Below the pieces are notes generated by a model. The model saw only the letters and a program-made list of their open reading frames with translations. It did no database searches and was not told the origin of the DNA. This document shows, piece by piece, positions 10,811-19,900 of a DNA stretch of 64,000 nt. A program made the position numbers and the translations under genes. The DNA is from Candidatus Eiseniibacteriota bacterium (GTDB lineage Bacteria > Eisenbacteria > RBG-16-71-46), in assembly GCA_044223005.1 (NCBI GenBank), contig JBGAML010000009.1, positions 32,001 to 96,000 of the forward strand. The letters are read 5' to 3'. Each line of letters starts with the position of its first letter. Position 1 is the first letter of the stretch.

Positions 10811-11860
10811 ATGAAACGCCTGACCATCCTCCTGACCGCCGTGATGCTGTCTGGGGCGGCGGCGTTGGCCGTCGCGGGTGATTTCCACTTCGGCACGACG
10901 CTCGTCTGTTCGGACTGCCACGTGGCCCACTACAGCCAGCAGCACGGCTACTCCGTCGGCGGCTTCGTCGTGCCGATGGGCGGCGCCGGTCCGTACACCG
11001 ACCTGCTCCGTGACGATGAGAACAAGGTCTGCCTGACGTGCCACAACGGCTCGTCGTTCGCGCCGGACGTGTTCGGCGCCGACGGAAGCGGCTCCGGCAT
11101 CCTGCGCGAAGCGGGCGGCCTGAACGTCGCGGCCGGCCACGGCCTCACCAACGACGCGGGCTACGACGACATCAACGGCCACACGCTCTACTCGATGGCG
11201 ACGCCTCCGGGCGGCAACACGAGCGCGTACGTGCCGAACGCCGAAGGCCTCCGTTGCATCGACTGCCACGCGCAGCACGGCACGGCGAACTACCGCAACC
11301 TGCTCAACCGCGGCATCTTCGCGGGCGACACGGTCTCCTACGCGGTCGGCACCAACGACCTCACGAAGGACGTGTTCGAGCGTTCGGCGGCGGCGTATGC
11401 CGAGGCCGACGTGGACTTCAACGAGCCCAACACCCGCCAGAGCCGTTATGGCCAGTGGTGCAAGGCCTGCCACAAGGACTTCCACGGCCAGGGCGGCGAC
11501 GTGAACATGGGCGGCCAGGCCGGCGGCGTCACGTCGACCAATGCCAACCCGTGGAAGCGTCACCCGGTCGCCGACGTCAACATCGGCGAGTCCGGCCCGA
11601 CCGCGACGTTCATCTCCAACCTCGCGCGCTACACGGCCGTCACCAACAAGGTGAAGGTCATGAGCTCGACGGGCACGTGGGTCGGCAACGAGACGGTGCT
11701 CACGCCGTCGTGCTTCTCGTGCCACAAGGCTCACGGCAACAAGAACGCCTTCGGCCTGATCTACATGAAGGGCGCGACGCCCGCGGGAACGCGGACCGAG
11801 GAAGGCGACGGCGGCGTGTACAAGGACCTGTGCCGTCAGTGCCACAGCCAGGGTGCCTGA
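10811..11860 (+). CDS. Secreted hexaheme c-type cytochrome, OmcS-like (349 aa)
   Basis: Sec signal peptide; 6 CxxCH motifs (CSDCH, CLTCH, CIDCH, CKACH, CFSCH, CRQCH); N-terminal FHx6CxxCHxxH and WCxxCHxDxH...RHP...CxSCHxAH...LCxxCH layout as in OmcS. Confidence 0.85.
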   Translation: MKRLTILLTAVMLSGAAALAVAGDFHFGTTLVCSDCHVAHYSQQHGYSVGGFVVPMGGAGPYTDLLRDDENKVCLTCHNGSSFAPDVFGADGSGSGILREAGGLNVAAGHGLTNDAGYDDINGHTLYSMATPPGGNTSAYVPNAEGLRCIDCHAQHGTANYRNLLNRGIFAGDTVSYAVGTNDLTKDVFERSAAAYAEADVDFNEPNTRQSRYGQWCKACHKDFHGQGGDVNMGGQAGGVTSTNANPWKRHPVADVNIGESGPTATFISNLARYTAVTNKVKVMSSTGTWVGNETVLTPSCFSCHKAHGNKNAFGLIYMKGATPAGTRTEEGDGGVYKDLCRQCHSQGA

Positions 11861-11905
11861 TCGGACCTGACGCGAACTGACCGCTCCTCCGGGAGAGGTC
11901 GGATG

Positions 11906-11938
11906 GGGGCGGCACGGATCACCGATCCGTGCCGCCCC
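11906..11938 (+). terminator. 15-bp-stem hairpin after hexaheme gene (partial terminator or mRNA 3' stabiliser)
   Basis: ggggcggcacggatc-acc-gatccgtgccgcccc; no U tract. Confidence 0.55.
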
Positions 11939-12027
11939 GTCGCGGCTCGAGCGATACAGTACGATTCGATGGGCCGATCGATGTAGGCAACCTGCTGCAC
12001 CAAATTGAAGAGAAGAAAGGACCCTCC

Positions 12028-13485
12028 GTGATCGAGTCGCCTCTCCATCCAGGCCTCGCGTCCGCAAGGTTCCCGGCGCGCTCGCGCATCGTCCCCACTC
12101 TTGCACGCGTGGTTCTGCTCACCGCCCTGGTGCTGGGCGCCGCCTCCGCGGCCCCGCGGGGGCTCCGCGTGCCCCGCGATTCCGACGCCATCCGCAAGGC
12201 GCTCGCGGTGGGACCGCACGCCGGCGACTGCGAGCAGTGCCACACGCAGCACGGCGACGAGCAGATCGACACGTATCCCAACGCGCTGACGAGCCCCAAC
12301 GACAACGCGCTCTGCGCGCGCTGCCACGCGACGCCGTGGAGCGGCGAGAGCTTCGGCGGCGATCCGCTCTATCGCGGCACCGGTCACGGCTCGAGCACAC
12401 GCATGGTCTGGCCGGGGCCCGAGCCGCCGATGCGGGTCGAGTTCGACGCGGCCACGAAGTGCGTCAACTGCCACGATCCGCACGGGTGGAGCGACGCCCA
12501 GGGCGAAGTGCCGCAACTCGGCCTGCAGCGCGAGGAGAAGCTCTGCCTCGGGTGCCACGACGGCAATCCCGCGGGGACCGACATCGCCGCGGACCTGCGC
12601 AAGCCCTACCGCCACCCGGTCACCGACTTCACGGGCCGCCATACGGGGCCCAACGAGACGCAGCCGTCCGACTTCGGGGCGGTACCGCTCGCGAATCGCC
12701 ACTCCGAATGCGAGGACTGCCACAATCCGCACGTCTCGCGCGCCGACCAGTCGATCCCGAACGCGGACGCCTCCAAGCTCGTGCTGGGCGTCAGCCGCGT
12801 CTCGGTGCTCAACGGACCGGCGGGCACGCCGCCCGTCTACACGTTCATCCCCGCGTCCGATACGCTCACCGCGCCGAACGCCGAGTACCAGCTCTGCTTC
12901 AAGTGCCATTCCGCGTGGACGACGCAGCCCTCCGGGCAGACCGATCTCGGCATGGTGCTCAATCCGGCCAATCCGTCCTACCACCCGGTCGAGGACGTGG
13001 GCCGCAACCCGAACATCGCGCCCGAGTCGTTCGCGCCCGGCTGGAACGCGAACTCGATCACGCGCTGCGGCTCGTGCCACGGCTCGGACTTCGGCGGTGC
13101 CGCGGGCCCGCACGGATCCACGAACCAGTACCTGCTGCGCGCGCCCTACCCGGTCGTGCTCGCCTCGCGACACATGAGCTCGAACGAGATCTGCTTCTCG
13201 TGCCACAACGTCGACACTTACGCGAACCCGAGCGCGCTGCCGTCCGTGCGCGCGGGGTCGCGCTTCAATGCGCCGGGGGCGGCGCACGGGCACGCCGAGC
13301 ACGTCTACCAGGACAACGTGCCGTGCAATGTCTGCCACGTGACGCACGGTTCGACCACGCAGCCGTTCCTGCTCGTGACGGGCCGCACGCCGGGCATCAC
13401 CTCGTACACGCAGACGCCGACGGGAGGGACGTGCACGACGACGTGTCACTCCGCGGCGAGCTACACGGTCCTCTATGCGCGCTGA
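12028..13485 (+). CDS. Multiheme c-type cytochrome (9 CxxCH plus 1 CxxxCH), doubled-CXXCH type
   Basis: AAGGA RBS before GTG 12028 (in frame with ORF 11929); hydrophobic signal; CEQCH, CARCH, CVNCH, CLGCH, CEDCH, CFKCH, CGSCH, CFSCH, CNVCH, CTTTCH. Confidence 0.9.
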   Translation: MIESPLHPGLASARFPARSRIVPTLARVVLLTALVLGAASAAPRGLRVPRDSDAIRKALAVGPHAGDCEQCHTQHGDEQIDTYPNALTSPNDNALCARCHATPWSGESFGGDPLYRGTGHGSSTRMVWPGPEPPMRVEFDAATKCVNCHDPHGWSDAQGEVPQLGLQREEKLCLGCHDGNPAGTDIAADLRKPYRHPVTDFTGRHTGPNETQPSDFGAVPLANRHSECEDCHNPHVSRADQSIPNADASKLVLGVSRVSVLNGPAGTPPVYTFIPASDTLTAPNAEYQLCFKCHSAWTTQPSGQTDLGMVLNPANPSYHPVEDVGRNPNIAPESFAPGWNANSITRCGSCHGSDFGGAAGPHGSTNQYLLRAPYPVVLASRHMSSNEICFSCHNVDTYANPSALPSVRAGSRFNAPGAAHGHAEHVYQDNVPCNVCHVTHGSTTQPFLLVTGRTPGITSYTQTPTGGTCTTTCHSAASYTVLYAR

Positions 13486-15202
13486 CCGCACGCTGCCGGC
13501 GGCGCTCCGCGCGAGCGCGACGATCGCGGCCCTGCTGTGCGGGTTCGCGGCCGCCGCGCGCGCCGAGGGCGTCTACGGCACCGTGCAGGTGCAGTACCAG
13601 AAGGCGGACATCTTCCAGACGCTTCTGGTGGGGGACAGCCTCACGTACACGCAGAAGAACAGCAGCGAGCTCTGGGTGAAGTCGGTCGACATGCACCACC
13701 AGGACTACCTCCGGCCCGACCTCATGCTGGAGTCCAACTTCCGCTTCTCCGACCAGTCGCGCCCCGACAACGGCACGCTGCAGCGCACGCCCTACGGCAG
13801 CATGCGGCTGCTGCACCCTTGGTTCCAGGTGCTGCTCTCGCACCAGCCCTCGATGCAGCGCGCGTCGCTCTCGGCGCAGAGCGGGCTCAACCCCGACTCG
13901 CTCACGCGGCGCAACGTGACCACGCACAACACCGAGTCGATGCTGAACGGTCACATCGGCGTCCCGCGCTGGCCGCAGCTCGACCTCGCGTGGACGCGCC
14001 GACGCCGCGACGGCGCCGGCGCGTCGGGCGAGCGCAACGACGCCCGCAGCGTCCGCGCGACGTTCGACCGCGAGCGCTACTCCGCGTACGGCGGCGTGAC
14101 CGACCAGCGCGTGTCGGCGGGCACGCCGGGCACCCACCCGAGCTCGCAGCAGGTTTGGAACGGCGGTGCGAGCGTTCGCGTGACGCCCATGCGCGCCGCG
14201 TCGCTGACCGCGCAGTACGACATGACCGACGTGACCGGGCGGACGTTCCAGGGGCCCCGCCCGCAGACGATCAGCCACTCCGCCACCGTGACCGGCGACT
14301 GGCGGCCGGCGCCGCGCTGGTCGACGAACCTCAACTACGCGTTCCGTCACGTGGACTTCGGCATCGTCGGCAACCCGCCGCAGAACGATCACGAGGGCTC
14401 GCTGCTCGAGCGCTGGAACTGGTCCAAGGCGGCGAGCCTGCTGGGCGGTGGCGGCCTGCACACGGTGCGCCTGACCAACGCCGGCGGCGGCACGACGCCC
14501 CGGCTCCAGGAGTACCTGACGGCCGTCGCGCTGCTCGACGCCCGCGTGCGTCCGCACTGGACTGTCGCCGGCAGCCTGAGCCACACGACCAACTTCGACC
14601 CCGACCGCTCTCCCTACGGCGTCCAGACCCTCGGCGGAACGACCCGGGCGCAGCTCTCGCGCCGGCTCCAGTTCGACGCCACGATGCAGCTCTCCCAGAA
14701 CGGGGACACCGCCTCGGCCTCGCAGCGGTTCTCGAACTCCTGGGCCGCGCGCCTGCAGGGGCAGGCGTTGCGGAACCTGATGCTGGCCGGATCCCTGCGG
14801 AGCACCCGCATCGGGACCGGTCTCTTCCGCGCCACGAGCGTCACGCGCGGGATCGCGGGCGACCTCAACTGGCGCCCGGTGCCCACGCTGCAACTCGTCG
14901 GAAGTTATGCTAGGAACACCATCCTGCCGGCCTCGACGGGCCGGAATTCCAGCCGCTCGCTGTCGGCCCGCTTCGAGCCGACCAGCCACTGGCAATGGTA
15001 CGGTAGTTGGACCCGTACCGATCAGCGGGTGTTCGCGAGCGCTGCGGGACAGCTTTCGAGCCGGGAGGTCGTCTCGACCCGGTTGCAGTACGCGCCGAGC
15101 CGCCGGTTGGCGGCCAGCGTGGGCACCACGATCAGCGAGCCCGGCCGGTCCGACGAATCGCGGCAGCTGGATGCGGCCCTCACCTGGAGCTTCGGACGAT
15201 GA
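13475..15202 (+). CDS. Probable outer-membrane beta-barrel protein (575 aa)
   Basis: Signal peptide ending ARA; alternating amphipathic strands rich in S/T/R/W/Y; C-terminal LDAALTWSF strand. Confidence 0.7.
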   Translation: MRADRTLPAALRASATIAALLCGFAAAARAEGVYGTVQVQYQKADIFQTLLVGDSLTYTQKNSSELWVKSVDMHHQDYLRPDLMLESNFRFSDQSRPDNGTLQRTPYGSMRLLHPWFQVLLSHQPSMQRASLSAQSGLNPDSLTRRNVTTHNTESMLNGHIGVPRWPQLDLAWTRRRRDGAGASGERNDARSVRATFDRERYSAYGGVTDQRVSAGTPGTHPSSQQVWNGGASVRVTPMRAASLTAQYDMTDVTGRTFQGPRPQTISHSATVTGDWRPAPRWSTNLNYAFRHVDFGIVGNPPQNDHEGSLLERWNWSKAASLLGGGGLHTVRLTNAGGGTTPRLQEYLTAVALLDARVRPHWTVAGSLSHTTNFDPDRSPYGVQTLGGTTRAQLSRRLQFDATMQLSQNGDTASASQRFSNSWAARLQGQALRNLMLAGSLRSTRIGTGLFRATSVTRGIAGDLNWRPVPTLQLVGSYARNTILPASTGRNSSRSLSARFEPTSHWQWYGSWTRTDQRVFASAAGQLSSREVVSTRLQYAPSRRLAASVGTTISEPGRSDESRQLDAALTWSFGR

Positions 15203-15801
15203 GTCTCTCGCAGCCCTTACTCGGTCCCGCACGTTTCGGCGCGTTGGTCGCACTCGCCGCCGTCCTCGCGGGCTGCGCGCCGTCCCCCCGGCTGTTCGTC
15301 AACCGGCAGGCCGACATGACCCTCTACAAGAAGGTGATCGTCGTGCCGTTCGCCAACATGAGCGGGGAGGGATACGCGTCGGGCCGCGTGACGCGCGCGT
15401 TCTCGACCGAGCTCGTGATCGCCGACCGCTTCCAGCTCGTGGACACGTCGCTCCTGCTCGGCGAACTCGAGAAGGCGAGCGTGCGCCCGGACGCGACGGG
15501 ACAGATCGACCTCAACAAGCTCCGCGATGCCGCGACCAAGCTCGAGGCGACCGCGATCATCCGCGGCGTCGTCACCGAGTACGGCACGCACCGGGCCGGC
15601 CAGGACGAGTTCCCGGTCGTGAGCTTCGACTGCGAGATGGTCGACGTGCAGACGGGCATCATCATCTGGCGCATGTCGATCAGCGAGTCCGGCAAGGGCC
15701 GGCTCCCGATCGTGGGCGGTTCGGGCGAGCGCACGTTCTCGCGCGTCACCGAGGAGGCCTGCCAGCACGCCGTGGCGCTGCTGCGGGCGAAGATCCTGTG
15801 A
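15199..15801 (+). CDS. Lipoprotein, CsgG/GNA1162-like fold (200 aa)
   Basis: ATGA overlap; lipobox LAGC; KVIVVPFANMS...FQLVD...AIIRGVVTEYG...VDVQTGIIIW pattern. Confidence 0.75.
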   Translation: MSLSQPLLGPARFGALVALAAVLAGCAPSPRLFVNRQADMTLYKKVIVVPFANMSGEGYASGRVTRAFSTELVIADRFQLVDTSLLLGELEKASVRPDATGQIDLNKLRDAATKLEATAIIRGVVTEYGTHRAGQDEFPVVSFDCEMVDVQTGIIIWRMSISESGKGRLPIVGGSGERTFSRVTEEACQHAVALLRAKIL

Positions 15802-16400
15802 TTCGCGGCCGCCGACTCCTCGCGGCCTTCGCGCTGCTCGTGCTCGCAATCGCGGGCTCGGGCTGCGCCGCCGGCGCGTCCCACGTGGCCCCGAACGCCA
15901 CCGGCGCCCGCGACGTGATCGTCGTGCTGCCGCTCGAGAACCTCTCGGGCCGCGCCGAATACGGCGAGCGCTTCTCGCGCATGACCTGGACCACGGTTGG
16001 CCAGGACAGCCGGTTCGAGGTGGTGGATCCGGGGCAGGTGGACGCGACGCTCGTCGAGCTGCGCATCCGCTCCGCCGGCGCGCTCACCACCGACCAGATC
16101 ACTCGCGCCGCCGCCAAGCTGCACGCGCGCTGGGTGCTGGCCGGCACGCTGCTCGAATCGGGCTCTTCGCGCACGCCGGACGGCGAGGTGCCCACGTTCT
16201 CGCTGGCGCTGCGCCTGCTCGACGGGCGCACCGGCCGCGTCGCGTGGACCGACCTGCGCGCGCGCAGCGGCGAGGACCGCGAAACCGTCTTCGGCTGGGG
16301 ACGTGAGAGCAATCTCGAGCGTCTCGCCCAGTCGACGATTCAGACGTTGGTGCAGAACATCCGAATCCCCGCGACCCCCGACTCCCTCGAGGGAAAGTAG
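15798..16400 (+). CDS. Second CsgG/GNA1162-like lipoprotein (200 aa)
   Basis: GTGA overlap; lipobox-like GSGC; IVVLPLENLS...FEVVD...VLAGTLLE...LLDGRTGRVAW; paralogous pattern to the upstream gene. Confidence 0.75.
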   Translation: MIRGRRLLAAFALLVLAIAGSGCAAGASHVAPNATGARDVIVVLPLENLSGRAEYGERFSRMTWTTVGQDSRFEVVDPGQVDATLVELRIRSAGALTTDQITRAAAKLHARWVLAGTLLESGSSRTPDGEVPTFSLALRLLDGRTGRVAWTDLRARSGEDRETVFGWGRESNLERLAQSTIQTLVQNIRIPATPDSLEGK

Positions 16401-16404
16401 CCAT

Positions 16405-16911
16405 ATGAACTTCCGACGCGTCGTCCTCGCCAGTCTCGTCGTTCTCGCACTCCCGCTCGCCGCCCGCGCCGCCGCGCCCGCCGCACCCGCGCCCGCGACC
16501 AGCGCCGCACCGGCGCAGCTCAAGAGCGTGACGCTGCACATCTTCAACCGCGTCTTCCCGGACTTCCACGACAAGGTCGAGGCCGTGCCGAACAAGGAGT
16601 TCCGCGTCGGCGACAGCGAGTACACCGCCAAGATCGTGCGCTTCGTGCCGGACTTCGACATGGACATCAAGGCGCACAAGGTCGTGAGCCGCTCCGGTGA
16701 GCCGCGCAACCCGGCCTTCCGCATCGCGGTCAAGAAGAACGGCGCGTCGATCGACACGAGCTGGGCGTTCTTCAACCTGCCGCCGCACTTCGGACCCCGC
16801 AACGTGCTCGCGTTCGTGGCGACCAACATCACGTTCACCAACCGGCCCGCCATGGCGAGCAAGGATTCGCTGGCGATCAAGATCCAGCAGCACGAGGGAG
16901 CGACGCATTGA
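16405..16911 (+). CDS. Exported protein, DUF2155-like (168 aa)
   Basis: Signal peptide and Ala/Pro linker; FVPDF...SRSGEPRNPAFRIAV...SWAF motif. Confidence 0.55.
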   Translation: MNFRRVVLASLVVLALPLAARAAAPAAPAPATSAAPAQLKSVTLHIFNRVFPDFHDKVEAVPNKEFRVGDSEYTAKIVRFVPDFDMDIKAHKVVSRSGEPRNPAFRIAVKKNGASIDTSWAFFNLPPHFGPRNVLAFVATNITFTNRPAMASKDSLAIKIQQHEGATH

Positions 16912-19900
16912 ACGCACGCTGGTGGTTCCCCCGCGCGTTCGCGGCCCTGGCCGCGACGCTGTTCGTCCTCGGCGTGGTGGTGTCCTCGGGCGCCGCGGGC
17001 CGCTCGAACGGGCCGGCGCGCGAGTGCTACGACTGCCACCAGAAATCCAAGGCCGAGTTCGGCAAGAAGAAGTTCATCCACGCGCCGATCAAGAAGGCCG
17101 ACTGCGCGAGCTGCCATGCGAGCCACGGCTTCTCGCAGAAGCTGGTGCTCGCGAAGCCGTCCGAGGAGCTGTGCATCGGCTGCCACGCGGACGTGATCAA
17201 GGCCACGACGGCGCCGCACCAGCACCCGGCGTTCAAGCGCGGTGACTGTCTCGCGTGCCACGATCCGCACGCGACCGACCGCCCGCACCTCGTGCGCGAC
17301 GACACGCCGCAGAACTGCTTCAACTGCCACACGTCGGCCAAGGCCGAGGCGGCCACCGCGCACGTGCACGAACCGTTCGCGAAGGGCGATTGCACGGCCT
17401 GCCACGCCTCGCATGCGGGCACGACGGCGGCGCTGCTCAAGCGGACCGACGACGGCCTGTGCACGGGCTGCCACGCCCTGGCGCAGATGGACGCCAAGCA
17501 CACGGGCAAGGGCCGCGGCGGCCTGCAGTGCCTCGATTGCCATTCGCCGCACGGCAGCGCGAAGGCCGGCCTGCTCCGCGCCGCGTCGCACCAGCCGGTC
17601 GCCGAGGGCAGCTGCGATGCCTGCCACGTGATGGAGGGCGGCAAGCCGACGGCCAAGCTGCAGGCGAGCAAGACCGAACTCTGCCAGACGTGCCACGAGG
17701 ACATGGCCAAGCTGTCGGCGCGCAAGCATCCGCACCAGCCGGCGGCCGAGGGCGAGTGCCTCGAGTGCCACGATCCGCACCGCAGCACGGCGGCGGGCTC
17801 GCTGCTCAAGGCGTCACCGAGCGAGCTCTGCATCGGCTGCCACGAGGACCTGAAGGCCGAACTCAAGAAGCCGGTCGTCCACAAGGCGTTCTCCGAAGGT
17901 CACTGCGCCGCCTGCCACGATCCGCACGGCTCGGACCAGGACCACATGATGAAGACGCCGGACGGCTCGGTGTGCCTCAAGTGCCACAAGGACGTCGAGC
18001 ACGACATCGCCGACGCCAAGGGCGCGCACCCGCCGGCCCTGCGCAAGGACTGCCTGCGCTGCCACGTCGCGCACTCGGGCACCGAGCACGCGCTGCTGCG
18101 GCAGCCGGAGAAGGTGCTGTGCGAGACCTGCCACGCGGCGACGGCCAAGAAGCTGGACGGCAAGACCAAGCACGCGCCGTTCGCGTCGGGTGACTGCGGC
18201 AACTGCCACTCGCCGCACGGTTCGCCGCAGCCGCACCTGGTGAAGGCGAACGACGGCGCGCTGTGCCTGGGCTGCCATGGCGACATGCAGCGCGAGTTCG
18301 CGCGCGAACACGTGCACCCGGGCCCGAAGGAAGGCCGCTGCCTGAGCTGCCACGCGCCGCACGGCGGCGAGGGCAAGGGCATGCTGGCGCGTCCGCCGGC
18401 CGAGCTCTGCGGCGGCTGCCACGCGCCGATCGCCAAGCGCATCGCCTCGACGGGAGCGCACTCGGCCGCGAAGCAGGGCAAGTGCGAAGCGTGCCACGAG
18501 CCGCACGGCTCGAAGGCGAAGTCGCTGCTGCGCGGCACGACCAAGCAGCTCTGCGCGAGCTGCCATCCGGACGTCGGCCACGGCGACAAGGTGCACCAGC
18601 CGGTCGCGGACGGGGACTGCCTCACGTGCCACGACGCGCACGGCGGCCCGGCGGCTCCGGCGCTCGCCAAGGCGGTGCCGGCGCTGTGCACGGACTGCCA
18701 CGACGGGACGGCGTCGGACATGAAGTCGAAGCACCGCGGCAGCGACGTGTCGAACGCGAACTGCCTCGGCTGCCACTCCGCGCACGAATCGAAGTCGGCG
18801 GCGCTGCAGCCGGCGGTGGTGCATCCGGGATTCGCCGAGGGCAAGTGCGAGAAGTGCCATTCGGGCGCCTCGCCCTCCAAGGCGAACCTGCTCGCGCCGG
18901 GCGGCGCGCTGTGCGTGCGCTGCCACGACGTGTCCAAGGTGAAGACGGCGGGCGACCACATCCACGACCCGGTGAAGAAGCTGCAGTGCCTGACCTGCCA
19001 CGCGCCGCACGCGTCGGCCCAGCCGAAGCTGCTGGTGGCGAAGTCGGACCAGCTCTGCGCGTCCTGCCACAAGGAGACGTCGGGAGCGGGGCAGCGGAAG
19101 TTCCCGCACGCTCCGGTCGCGAACGGCGAGTGCAGCAAGTGCCACGAGCCGCATCGCGCGCCGGGCGGCGGCATCGCGCTGCTCAAGAAGCGTCCGGGCG
19201 AGATGTGCGGCGACTGCCACCAGGACCTGGCGAAGCGGATCGCGGCGGGCAACGCGCACGCGCCGGCGGCCCGTGGCCAGTGCCTGACCTGCCACGACAG
19301 CCACGGCTCTGACCTGCCGGGCATGACGCGCCGCCCGGGCAGCGCGCTCTGCGCGGCGTGCCACAAGCTCGACGATCCGAAGCTGACGGCGAAGCATCCG
19401 GGGATGTCGATGGCGACGGTCAACTGCATCAGCTGCCACGACCCGCACGCGCAGGACAAGACGAGCAAGGCGCTGCTCCGGCCGGCGATCCACCTGCCGT
19501 TCTCGCGCGGCGAATGCGAGTCCTGCCACACGTCGAAGGGCAGCGCGAAGCTGCAGGCGACGGGGGCGGAGCTCTGCGTGACCTGCCACGAATCGGGTGG
19601 CTGGAAGGGCCGCAAGTACACGCACCAGCCAGTGACGAACGGCCCGCAGTGCCTGAACTGCCACGCGCCCCACGGTGGCGTGGCGCGCCCGATCCTGAAG
19701 GCGGCGGGTGACGAACTCTGCTTCGGCTGCCACGACCGCGCGATGGTCGAGGGCAAGGTGAAGCACAAGGCGCTCGAGAAGGGCTGCGTGAGCTGCCACG
19801 ACGCGCACGGCTCGGCGGATCCGGGAATGCTGAAGGCGGCCTCGGTCGACGATCTCTGCCGCAAGTGCCACACGGACCTCGCGAAGCACTACCACAAGAC

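Noticed and set aside
12028..15202. Calling the decaheme plus barrel mtrA/mtrB
   Set aside because: Heme spacing and the CX3CH end do not match MtrA as I recall it, and the barrel lacks recognisable MtrB features; left unnamed.
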